Origin: Calditrichota bacterium
Lineage (GTDB): Bacteria > Zhuqueibacterota > Zhuqueibacteria > Residuimicrobiales > Krinioviventaceae
DNA length: 34,902 nucleotides
Reading direction: 5' to 3'
Assembly: GCA_003818595.1 (NCBI GenBank)
Contig: RPQV01000003.1
Location: forward strand, 1-34,902
Shown here: positions 9,278 through 17,470 of the stretch, piece after piece
Position numbering within the stretch: position 1 is the stretch's first letter
How the letters are laid out: each line of letters starts with the position of its first letter
The notes under the pieces: generated by a model
What the model was told of the DNA's origin: nothing
Databases searched by the model: none
Seen by the model: only the letters and a program-made list of their open reading frames with translations
Translations under genes and position numbers: made by a program

Positions 9278-9301
9278 TTGTACACAAACGGATGTGAACA
9301 A
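9278..9301. promoter_or_regulatory. 24-bp imperfect palindrome, copy 2: TTGTACACA-AACGGA-TGTGAACAA
   Basis: Read directly. It has the same 9+6+9 architecture as copy 1 and 19 of 24 identical positions. Each arm is one mismatch from TTATNCACA. Confidence 0.5.
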
Positions 9302-9327
9302 CTTATCGGGAATGAAGAAAAAGTAAA

Positions 9328-9765
9328 TCAATACAACTTTTCGTAACTCGAGTTATCTTTAGGAAAGTCAGTGCGGTTTATCCAATAACTCGAACTGTAT
9401 TTTTCAATTTTGCGGTTCAGTGGATCCTTGGAAATAACCTTAAAGATCAGAGCGATGGGAGTAAAAAGAAGAAAGAAAACGACCGTCAATAAAACTCTGG
9501 ACATCAACCAACCCAATGTGAGAGCCAGAAACATCCATACTTTATAAATGGGTTTGAGAAAAGTGGGGAACAACACTCCGAAAATCAGGAAAAATAGAGA
9601 TGCCCCGATAAACCAGAAAGCGCGTTCTCTCACATCGCCAAAGAAATAGATTCCGGCGGCAAGCAGGAATAAAGCCGTCGCCATGACCCAGGCAAATGAA
9701 CGAAGAGAACGCCGATCCAATGTGAGAACAGACATTCCCGCATGAATTTCCTTAATCAAGTTCAT
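9328..9765 (-). CDS. SxtJ-family small membrane protein
   Basis: 145 aa with 3-4 hydrophobic helices. The tail KVISKDPLNRKIEKYSSSYWINR resembles the conserved KDPL...SYW motif I recall for SxtJ. It overlaps the carbamoyltransferase stop by 14 nt, the usual carbamoyltransferase-SxtJ pairing. Confidence 0.65.
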   Translation of the reverse strand: MNLIKEIHAGMSVLTLDRRSLRSFAWVMATALFLLAAGIYFFGDVRERAFWFIGASLFFLIFGVLFPTFLKPIYKVWMFLALTLGWLMSRVLLTVVFFLLFTPIALIFKVISKDPLNRKIEKYSSSYWINRTDFPKDNSSYEKLY

Positions 9766-11566
9766 ATGTTTTTTTCCAGTCCTGTTTTTCGATCAATGGA
9801 GGTTGATCCTTCTTATTAACAATAAAATTTCCGATGACCAAATAATCCATTTCGGTTCTCATGAAACAACGATAAGCATCTTCCGGAGAACCAACAATGG
9901 GTTCTCCGCGCACATTGAAAGAGGTATTGATAATGACCGGACAACCGGTTTTTTGATGGAAGCACTTGAGCAGATCATAATAACGACCATGCTCTGCTGA
10001 GACCGTCTGCAGCCGAGCCGAATAATCAATATGGGTGATGGCCGGTACGTCAGAGCGGATGACGTTCAGCTTATCGATGCCCCAAAGCTTTTGCTGTTCA
10101 TCCGTCATCGGTTTACAATGATCTTTATGAACTTGGGCTACCAACAGCATGTAGGGACTCGGAACATCAATTTCAAAATAATCTGCTGCATATTCTTCCA
10201 ATACTGAAGGAGCAAACGGACGAAAACTCTCGCGAAATTTAATTTTAAGGTTCATCCGCGACTGCATCGATGGCGAACGGGCATCGCCGAGAATCGAGCG
10301 ACTTCCCAAGGCGCGCGGTCCAAATTCCATTCTTCCTTGAAACCAGGCAACCACATTTTCTTCGGCAATCAACTGTGCCGTACGATCAATCAGTTCTTCA
10401 TCAGCATAGTGGACATAGGGAAGATGATGCTGATCTAAAAATTGCTTGATCTCTTGATCACTATAGGCAGGACCGATAAGAGATGCTTTTTGCAGATCAT
10501 GAATATCATCCACCTGACGGGCATTATTTTTGATTTGATACCAGCAGAACAATGCAGCCCCCAGCGCGCCTCCGGCATCTCCCGCAGCGGGTTGAATCCA
10601 AATGTTGTCAAACGGACCTTCGCGCAGGATTCGTCCATTGGCGACGCAGTTCAGGGCAACACCGCCTGCCAGACATAGGTTTTTTTGACCGGTCTGCTGA
10701 TGGACAAAGCGGGCACAACGGAGCATGATTTCTTCAGTGACCTCCTGTATGGAGCGGGCAATGTCCATTTCTTTCTGAGTCAGCAAAGTTTCAGGTTTTC
10801 TCGGCGGCCCGCCGAAAAGTCGATGAAAGCGGGAATTGGTCATGGTGAGACCAGCCCCATAATTAAAATAGTCCATGTTGAGCTTGAAAGATCCGTCCTC
10901 TTTCAAGTCAACAAGATGATCATAGATGGTCTGCACATATTTGGGTTCACCGTAAGGCGCCAATCCCATGACTTTGTATTCGCCGGAATTCACTCTGAAT
11001 CCCGTATAATACGTAAACGCCGAATACAACAGTCCCAGAGAATGGGGAAAATGAATTTCCGCTTCGATGGACAGGCGGTTGTCCTGTCCAATTCCATAGG
11101 ATGTGGTGGTCCACTCACCAACGCCGTCCGTGGTCAGAAAAGCGGCCTGTTGAAATGGAGAAGGGAAGAACGCTGATGCCGCATGGGATTCGTGATGTTC
11201 GGGAAAAACAAGGTCGCCATCGAAACCGCTTTCTTTGCGGATCAGATCGGGAATCCAAAGCTTTTTCTTGAGCCAGAGTGGTAATGATAATAGAAAAGAG
11301 GACAAACCCGATGGCGCGTAGCTGAGATAGGTTTCGAGGATGCGTTCAAATTTGATAAAGGGTTTATCATAAAAAGCGATCACATCAACTTGATCAATCG
11401 TTATTTGCGCCTGTCGTAGGCAGGCCTGGATCGCCAGCCGCGGAAAGCTCTGATCGTGTTTGATGCGCGAAAAACGCTCTTCCTGCGCTGCGGCTGCAAT
11501 TTCGCCGTCGCGCACAATGCAGGCGGCGCTGTCATGATAAAAGCAGGATATTCCAAGGATGATCAT
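9752..11566 (-). CDS. Carbamoyltransferase (NodU/CmcH family)
   Basis: 604 aa. The N-terminus MIILGISCFYHDSAACIVRDGEIAAAAQEERFSRIKHD is the canonical ASKHA-like start of this family. HHESHAASAF, the C-terminal INTSFNVRGEPIV motif and the length all fit. ATGA overlap with the upstream thioesterase stop. Confidence 0.9.
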   Translation of the reverse strand: MIILGISCFYHDSAACIVRDGEIAAAAQEERFSRIKHDQSFPRLAIQACLRQAQITIDQVDVIAFYDKPFIKFERILETYLSYAPSGLSSFLLSLPLWLKKKLWIPDLIRKESGFDGDLVFPEHHESHAASAFFPSPFQQAAFLTTDGVGEWTTTSYGIGQDNRLSIEAEIHFPHSLGLLYSAFTYYTGFRVNSGEYKVMGLAPYGEPKYVQTIYDHLVDLKEDGSFKLNMDYFNYGAGLTMTNSRFHRLFGGPPRKPETLLTQKEMDIARSIQEVTEEIMLRCARFVHQQTGQKNLCLAGGVALNCVANGRILREGPFDNIWIQPAAGDAGGALGAALFCWYQIKNNARQVDDIHDLQKASLIGPAYSDQEIKQFLDQHHLPYVHYADEELIDRTAQLIAEENVVAWFQGRMEFGPRALGSRSILGDARSPSMQSRMNLKIKFRESFRPFAPSVLEEYAADYFEIDVPSPYMLLVAQVHKDHCKPMTDEQQKLWGIDKLNVIRSDVPAITHIDYSARLQTVSAEHGRYYDLLKCFHQKTGCPVIINTSFNVRGEPIVGSPEDAYRCFMRTEMDYLVIGNFIVNKKDQPPLIEKQDWKKTYELD

Positions 11567-12060
11567 ACTGACGCCAAAATATTGAGATCATTTTCCATAA
11601 AAGTCAGATAGCTGTTCACCTCAAGGGCTTGATCATGCCGCATGTGAAAGAATTTTCCCGAGGCTTTGGCGTAAAGGGTTCCGTTTTCATCCTTGATTTC
11701 ACCTTCGCCAATCGAATACTTGGACTTGTGTTCAAGAGAGCGACCCAATACAGTCACCGTTAATCCGATTGGCAATGGGCGGACAAAACGAACGGTTAAT
11801 TCTCCGGTGACAAAGAATTTTTTACTGCTGACCGCAACAGCCCAGCCGATCGTTTCATCAAGCAGTGCGGTGATGATTCCGCCATGGACAATGCCGCGAT
11901 AACCCGCCTGCCTGATATCGGCTTGAAATGAAACCTGAACGCCCTCCGGTGTCACTTTAAAACGGCGATTGAGTGTCTGCGGATTGACGTGAGGTTGTCC
12001 GCAGACCAGACATCCTTCAAAAGTAGGCAGATAAACAGCATCACACATCGGCATAAACAT
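11563..12060 (-). CDS. PaaI/hotdog-fold acyl-CoA thioesterase
   Basis: 165 aa. GIVHGGIITALLDETIGWA is the typical PaaI-type hotdog core. An N-terminal CxxC (CLVCGQPH) is present. All three candidate ATG starts (12060, 12054, 12048) overlap the 3' end of the HAD gene. Confidence 0.75.
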   Translation of the reverse strand: MFMPMCDAVYLPTFEGCLVCGQPHVNPQTLNRRFKVTPEGVQVSFQADIRQAGYRGIVHGGIITALLDETIGWAVAVSSKKFFVTGELTVRFVRPLPIGLTVTVLGRSLEHKSKYSIGEGEIKDENGTLYAKASGKFFHMRHDQALEVNSYLTFMENDLNILASV

Positions 12061-12712
12061 CCATTTTAATGAAATTCATTATTTCCAGGGGATGAGCAGC
12101 GACAAAATCAGATGAGGCGGCCAATTCGTCCATTTTGTCCGAATAACCCCAGCGGGCTAAACAAAACTTCATACCGGCGGACTGCGCGGCGTACAGATCA
12201 TTATCGGTGTCGCCTATCATCAACGCCCGACTCGTTGGGATGCTCAGCAGATCAGCGGCCTTGATGAGCATGTCCGGCGATGGTTTGGGTTTTTCGACCT
12301 CATCACGGGTGACGACGAGATTGAACAGCGAATCAAAGGAAAACTTGTCCGCAAGGGGTTGAGTTCCGAGACGGGCTTTATTGGTGGCCAATGCACACAA
12401 AATGTTTTCGTTTTTGAGCTGATCGACCAACTGACGGATGCCTTCAAAAAGCTGCGCATGCCTGATGCAGTGCGAGAGATAGATCGGACGAAAAACGCGA
12501 TGGAATTCATCGCTGCGATGCATGGAATCAGAGGGAAGGACATGTTTTATAAATTCCTGCGGACCCGGACCAATCGCTTTTTTTGATGTTTCAACAGAAA
12601 TCTGCGGCAGGTTCAATTGTTCCAACGCGAGATTCAAGGAAAGATGAACATCCGTCAGCGTGTCCGCAACCGTGCCGTCGAGATCGAATATCACCAAATC
12701 GAATGAATTCAT
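12041..12712 (-). CDS. HAD-superfamily hydrolase (phosphoglycolate-phosphatase-like)
   Basis: Motif I is LVIFDLDGTVADT; later motifs include ATNK and MIGDTDNDLYAAQSAG. The track start 12760 is TTG. The ATG at 12712 follows GGAGAG and puts motif I at residue ~8, so I prefer it. Confidence 0.85.
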   Translation of the reverse strand: MNSFDLVIFDLDGTVADTLTDVHLSLNLALEQLNLPQISVETSKKAIGPGPQEFIKHVLPSDSMHRSDEFHRVFRPIYLSHCIRHAQLFEGIRQLVDQLKNENILCALATNKARLGTQPLADKFSFDSLFNLVVTRDEVEKPKPSPDMLIKAADLLSIPTSRALMIGDTDNDLYAAQSAGMKFCLARWGYSDKMDELAASSDFVAAHPLEIMNFIKMDVYADV

Positions 12713-12842
12713 GCACTCTCCAAATTTAACAAATGTACAAAAAATAGTTGGGTTATTCAACAGTTTAAGACGCTGAATTCATCCCCTAAATATTAACTGG
12801 CAAATTTTTCTATAAATGATTAGCTTAGGAAAAGGAGGCGTT

Positions 12843-13451
12843 ATGGTGAGCGAAACAACAGAAATCGATCAAAGGGAAGGACTTTCTGCGAATAAAATTC
12901 TGATCGCTGAATTTCAATATGCACGCGAAACAGCGGCGCAGGCGATGGATGATCGGCATCGAATGGTCAATTTCTACCTGCTTTTCGTCGGCGTTGTATT
13001 GAATGGTGTGGTTTTGATTTTAACCGGCGGCAGCAGAAGCAATCTCCAAATGAACAATATGCAGTCCTTTCGTCATCTGGTGATCATTCTTCTGCTGGCT
13101 CTCTTTTTGGTGGGAGTTTTATATTTACTAAAAATAATTAGATTACGTGGAATGTGGTTCATCAGCGCTGCAGCCATGAATAGGATTAAAGATTACTATT
13201 TCCAACAATTTGATTCCATTCATCTGTCTGATGCCTTCCTGTGGAACAGTATAACTTTAGCTAAAATGAATCCTGCCGAGAGCTGGTCTGTTTTTTATCT
13301 CACGGCTTTGCTGATTTCGTCAATTGGATCGGCAAGCCTCGGAGGTGCTTTTTTCATCTTGTTTGGGAACCTCCTGATTAGCTTGGCTGCTCTTATAATT
13401 TTTGTGTTTCTGCAAATGCTTTTTTATAAAATAAAGCTGAAGAAAAGATAA
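12843..13451 (+). CDS. Hypothetical polytopic membrane protein
   Basis: The track ORF is 12816..13451. The ATG at 12843 is preceded by a strong AAGGAGG (12831-12837). A soluble N-terminal ~45 aa is followed by 4-5 hydrophobic helices. I recognised no family. The stop lies 4 nt before the NUDIX gene. Confidence 0.55.
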   Translation: MVSETTEIDQREGLSANKILIAEFQYARETAAQAMDDRHRMVNFYLLFVGVVLNGVVLILTGGSRSNLQMNNMQSFRHLVIILLLALFLVGVLYLLKIIRLRGMWFISAAAMNRIKDYYFQQFDSIHLSDAFLWNSITLAKMNPAESWSVFYLTALLISSIGSASLGGAFFILFGNLLISLAALIIFVFLQMLFYKIKLKKR

Positions 13452-13455
13452 TGCC

Positions 13456-14055
13456 ATGAAGGTCATCATAAATGAAAAAAAGGTAATTTATCAGGGATTT
13501 CTGACTCTGGAAAAATGCCGCCTGCAACACGAGCTGTTCAATGGGGAGATGAGCGAGGTCATCGTGCGCGAGAACTGCTTTCGCGGAGATTCCGTCGCAG
13601 CCCTGGTATATGATCTGCCGAACGATAAAATCATACTCATACGTCAGTTTCGATATCCGGTTTATGCGTCCGAGCCGCAAAATGATTGGTTGTGGGAAAT
13701 TCCGGCCGGAAGCTGCCTGCCTCCGGAAACGCCTGTCGCCTCCATCATCAAGGAATTAAAAGAAGAAATAAACCTGCAGGTTGATGAAAACAGCCTCGAA
13801 TTCATCGGCGGCTATTTTGTCAGCCCCGGAGGAACCTCGGAAAGAGTGTTTTTATATGGGGTGCCTTTTAACTCAACCACTTTTCGGATCACCAATGGCG
13901 GACTGAGAGAAGAAGGAGAAGACATTGAAGTGAGGCAGTTTTCATTTGCCGCACTATGGGCCAAGAAAGAAAACTCGATCACGCAGGATTTAAAAACAGC
14001 TTTGGCCCTGCAATGGCTGAAAATCAAAAAAATGGAAACCGAAACAGCCCGCTGA
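13456..14055 (+). CDS. NUDIX hydrolase (ADP-sugar/nucleoside-diphosphate-sugar pyrophosphatase-like)
   Basis: 199 aa. GDSVAALVYD...IILIRQFRYPV, then a Nudix-box-like EIPAGSCLPPETPVASIIKELKEEINL (a variant of Gx5Ex7REUxEExGU). Confidence 0.8.
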   Translation: MKVIINEKKVIYQGFLTLEKCRLQHELFNGEMSEVIVRENCFRGDSVAALVYDLPNDKIILIRQFRYPVYASEPQNDWLWEIPAGSCLPPETPVASIIKELKEEINLQVDENSLEFIGGYFVSPGGTSERVFLYGVPFNSTTFRITNGGLREEGEDIEVRQFSFAALWAKKENSITQDLKTALALQWLKIKKMETETAR

Positions 14056-14099
14056 CAACCGGTTTAAAAACGAGACCTTGACATCAATATCAAATAACC

Positions 14100-14125
14100 G
14101 CACCCTGAGCGTAGTCCAAGGGTGC
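14100..14125. terminator. Weak hairpin between convergent genes (GCACCC-N14-GGGTGC); possible terminator
   Basis: Read directly. An alternative 8-bp pairing exists between AGTCCAAG (14113-14120) and CTTGGACT (14145-14152). No clean U-tract on either strand. Confidence 0.2.
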
Positions 14126-14203
14126 TCATCTCTATAAAATCAGGCTTGGACTTTGCTAAGCGTACGAGGCCAGCGGCGTTTACACACCGTCTTAATTCTA
14201 TAA

Positions 14204-16645
14204 TCAACCCAAGATGGCTTTCACGATCACACGATCACCGCCATTTTCCAACGGAACAATATTCCCGACCACTATTTTTCCATCCACCCGCAGCGAATGC
14301 ACGCCTTTATTGATCCCTTTTGGATTTTGAATCGTGATCTCATACTCTTTACCGCGAAACTTGCGAATGACCTTGTACTCTTTCCACGCTTTGGGAATGC
14401 AGGGATCAATGACTAAACCGGTCAGTCCCGGTCGAACTCCCAGAATATATTGAGAAATGGAGACAAACGACCAGGAGGCCGTGCCGGTCAACCAGCTGTT
14501 TTTGGCCTCACCAGGAGTCGGGGCGTCTTTGCCCGCAGTCATTTGACTGTAGACATAGGGCTCCGCACGATACACTTCAATCTGGCTCTCTTTTTGCGAA
14601 GGACAAATACTCATATAATATTCAAAGGCCTGATCGCCGTGTCCCAACAAGGTTTCCGCAATTTGAATCCAGGTGTTGTTATGAGTGAAAATGCCGGCGT
14701 TTTCCTTGTACCCGGGAGGATAAGAACTGATTTCACCCAGATGCAGATGATAAGTTTGATACGCCGGTTGCTGCAGAACAATGCCGTTGGGAGTTGCCAG
14801 ATATTGATGAACACTGCGCAATGCCTGTTCCGCGTAACCATTGTCAAGACCGATCGCTCCCAAAATACACCAGGCCTGACTCTCGATAAAAATACGGCCT
14901 TCATCGTTTGTCGTGGAACCAATTTTTCTGCCCAAAGCATCAAAAGCGCGCAGGAACCATTGACCATCCCAGCCGTGCTGCAGCACGATTTGGCGCATCT
15001 CCGCTGCATGAGCGGACATTAACGACGCCTGCTGAGCATTTCCCAAATGGTTAAAAATAACTTCCAGTTCATCACAAGCCGCGCAAAACAGCCCGGCAAT
15101 CATCACCGATTCAGCTATGACGCCATGCTCGGCATCTCCGGCCAATTGAAAGCTTTCGCCCGGAGTGTCTGAAAAACAGTTTAAATTCAGACAGTCATTC
15201 CAGTCAGCATGACCAATCAACGGCAACTGGTGCGGTCCGCGATGCTGCAGAATATAATCGATGGAAATCATCAGGTGATCGAGCAGCGTCGCTGTTTTCT
15301 CCTTCAGATCGGCATAGCCGATTTTCTCGTCGAGTATGGTTGCGTCGCCCGTTTCCTTGAGATAGGCGGCCGTCGAAAGAATCAGCCACAGCGGATCATC
15401 ATTAAAGCCGCTGCCGGCATTGGCGTTGCCGATTTTTGTCAGCGGTTGATATTGGTGATAACACGTCCCGTCAGAAAGTTGTGTTGCCGCAATGTCCAAA
15501 ATCCGCTCTCTCGCTCTTTCAGGAATGATATGAACAAATCCCAGAACGTCCTGATTGCTGTCCCGATATCCCATGCCGCGACCAATTCCCGACTCGAAGA
15601 GAGAGGCCGAGCGCGACATGTTGAATGTCACCATGCATTGATACTGGTTCCACATGTTGACCATGCGGTTCACATGCTGATTTTCAGTGTTCACCTTATA
15701 GCCGGACAACAGCGAACGCCAATAGCTTTTCAATTCCTCCAGCTGCTGATCGATCAGCTTGGGCGATGCATATTTTTCAATCACACGGTAATAGGGTTCC
15801 TTGTTGATGACATGAGGTTGAATGAATTTCTTTTCCTTGGGATTCTCCGCATAGCCGAGAAGAAAATGGAGACGCTTATGTTCCCCGGGTTGAAGAGTCA
15901 GATCGATTTGATGGCCGGCGATGGGCGCCCAGCCGTAGGCGATGCTGTTGCTGCAGGCGCCGGCTTTGACCGCAGCGGGTTCATGCAGACCGTTATGCAG
16001 GCCGACGAATTGATCTCGACTGGTGTCAAATCCGGAAATGTCCTCACTGGCAGCAAAGTAGGCAAAATGGTTCCGCCGTTCACGATATTCTGTTTTATGA
16101 AAAATGGTGTTCTTTTCGACTTCCACCTGACCTATGGAAAAATTTCTCTGAAAATTGGTCTGATCATCCCAGGAATCCCAGAGACACCATTCAATGAAAC
16201 TCCAGAGGCGAATGGTTTTTGTCTTGTTGGAAAAATTTCGGCAATGCACATCCCAAATTTCCACATGTTCGGACAACGGAATAAAGTAATTGACTTCAAC
16301 GCCAAGTCCATTCTTATGTCCGCGAATGGTTGTCATTCCGGCACCGTGCCGACATTCATAATAATCGAGCGGGGTTTTCATCGGTTTCCACATCGGATTC
16401 CAAATTGTGTCGCCGTCCTTGATATAGAGATAGCGCCCATTCGCATCCATGGGGACATTGTTGTAGCGATAACGCGTCAAACGGCGCATGCGGGCGTCTT
16501 TATAAAAGCAATACCCTCCCGCGGTATTGGAAATGATGCCGAAAAATTCATGGTTTCCCAGGTAATTAATCCACGGAAGTGGAGTGTCCGGTCGTGTTAT
16601 GACATATTGTCCGTTATCATCATCAAAATGGCCAAAAGAATTCAT
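14204..16645 (-). CDS. GH94 glycoside phosphorylase (cellobiose/chitobiose phosphorylase type)
   Basis: 813 aa. MNSFGHFDDDNGQYVITRPDTPLPWINYLG...GGYCFYKDARMRRLTRYRYNNVPMDANGRYLY closely parallels the N-terminus of characterised cellobiose phosphorylases, and the length is typical (~810 aa). No signal peptide, so it is cytoplasmic. Confidence 0.9.
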   Translation of the reverse strand: MNSFGHFDDDNGQYVITRPDTPLPWINYLGNHEFFGIISNTAGGYCFYKDARMRRLTRYRYNNVPMDANGRYLYIKDGDTIWNPMWKPMKTPLDYYECRHGAGMTTIRGHKNGLGVEVNYFIPLSEHVEIWDVHCRNFSNKTKTIRLWSFIEWCLWDSWDDQTNFQRNFSIGQVEVEKNTIFHKTEYRERRNHFAYFAASEDISGFDTSRDQFVGLHNGLHEPAAVKAGACSNSIAYGWAPIAGHQIDLTLQPGEHKRLHFLLGYAENPKEKKFIQPHVINKEPYYRVIEKYASPKLIDQQLEELKSYWRSLLSGYKVNTENQHVNRMVNMWNQYQCMVTFNMSRSASLFESGIGRGMGYRDSNQDVLGFVHIIPERARERILDIAATQLSDGTCYHQYQPLTKIGNANAGSGFNDDPLWLILSTAAYLKETGDATILDEKIGYADLKEKTATLLDHLMISIDYILQHRGPHQLPLIGHADWNDCLNLNCFSDTPGESFQLAGDAEHGVIAESVMIAGLFCAACDELEVIFNHLGNAQQASLMSAHAAEMRQIVLQHGWDGQWFLRAFDALGRKIGSTTNDEGRIFIESQAWCILGAIGLDNGYAEQALRSVHQYLATPNGIVLQQPAYQTYHLHLGEISSYPPGYKENAGIFTHNNTWIQIAETLLGHGDQAFEYYMSICPSQKESQIEVYRAEPYVYSQMTAGKDAPTPGEAKNSWLTGTASWSFVSISQYILGVRPGLTGLVIDPCIPKAWKEYKVIRKFRGKEYEITIQNPKGINKGVHSLRVDGKIVVGNIVPLENGGDRVIVKAILG

Positions 16646-16692
16646 GGTGTGTCCTTTACAGATTGATCATTTTCTGTCAATGAATTGAAAAA

Positions 16693-16723
16693 TATAAAAA
16701 AAATATCCTAAATGCAATTCAGG
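16693..16723 (-). terminator. Candidate weak rho-independent terminator after the polyprenol-kinase-like gene
   Basis: The minus strand reads CCTGAA-TTGCA-TTTAGG, a 6-bp stem with one G-U pair, followed by ATATTTTTTTTATATTTTT. The stem is AT-rich. Confidence 0.3.
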
Positions 16724-16732
16724 CTTGTTAAA

Positions 16733-17437
16733 TTATGATAATAAAAGATATAAAGCCCCGGCTACGATCAACGGGACGGTCAGATTATCACTTCCTTTTG
16801 GGGAAAAAGCTTCGGCAATGGCCGCCGCTGCAGCAGCCGCCAGCGAACTGAAAACACGAAGCGAGAGGGATAGCTCAACGCCGTCCTGATTGAGAGAAGA
16901 ACTGAGTACCAGCGTCATGGTGATAAAAATGGCGATAAAACTGAACAAGAACATCGAGAGGGTTCCTTCAAGCGTACGTGAGCTCGAAAAATGACGAACT
17001 CGGCGTTTACCGTAATAAAAGCCGAATAAAGCTGCCGCGGCATCTCCCAGCGTCATCGCCATGACGGATGCCAAAGCAATAATCAAGTGAATGAGCGATC
17101 CATTTGTGCGCCAGAAAAGAAGGAACAGCAGCGTTATCGAAACAGCAAAGTATACGGTTCCGGGAGTGGCATCCTCTTCATCCATTTTCGCAAACGACCT
17201 TTTTTTGTAGAAATAATAATTTAGAACAATAAATGTGGCGAATGGAATGATGCCGATATACCAATGATCAAAGATGAAAACAATGGCCCAAACCCACATC
17301 CCGGCCGCCATGTGAATGAGTTTCCTGGTGAAAAAGGATTGCCAGTTCAATTTTTCTCCCAACTTTTCGATGGAGAATAGGAGAGAAAAGGCATACCCAT
17401 AAGATAATATTAATCCGATTGTGTCCGCTTTAGACAT
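16733..17437 (-). CDS. Polytopic membrane protein of the polyprenol/phytol kinase - cytidylyltransferase superfamily
   Basis: 234 aa with ~7 TM helices. RKLIHMAAG and GDAAAALFGFYYGKRR resemble the conserved motifs of CTP-dependent dolichol/phytol kinases and CdsA-like enzymes. Confidence 0.55.
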   Translation of the reverse strand: MSKADTIGLILSYGYAFSLLFSIEKLGEKLNWQSFFTRKLIHMAAGMWVWAIVFIFDHWYIGIIPFATFIVLNYYFYKKRSFAKMDEEDATPGTVYFAVSITLLFLLFWRTNGSLIHLIIALASVMAMTLGDAAAALFGFYYGKRRVRHFSSSRTLEGTLSMFLFSFIAIFITMTLVLSSSLNQDGVELSLSLRVFSSLAAAAAAAIAEAFSPKGSDNLTVPLIVAGALYLLLS

Positions 17438-17470
17438 AGTTCCTCAATGGTATTGGTTTATGGGCTTTAT

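Noticed and set aside
9143-9331. 62-aa ORF directly after sxtJ (TTGA overlap), in the position where a DUF5989-type peptide is often found
   Set aside because: The sequence (MIYFFFIPDKLF...) does not resemble the DUF5989 pattern I remember (basic RKKxW motif plus one TM helix). It has a TTG start and AT-driven Phe/Ile/Leu composition, and it is fully occupied by the two 24-bp palindromes. It is more likely non-coding, but I cannot exclude it.
15209-16666. 485-aa plus-strand ORF
   Set aside because: It is entirely antisense to the GH94 phosphorylase gene, whose homology is unambiguous. The antisense product has no recognisable motif and an odd composition. A long shadow ORF like this is expected opposite a long gene.
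16646-16732. TTGACA hexamer (minus strand, 16680-16675) as the GH94 promoter, and the small TCAAT-GA-ATTGA palindrome
   Set aside because: No acceptable -10 lies at 16-18 nt (TAAAGG at best), and the implied transcript would be nearly leaderless. The 5-bp palindrome arms are too short to be meaningful in AT-rich DNA.
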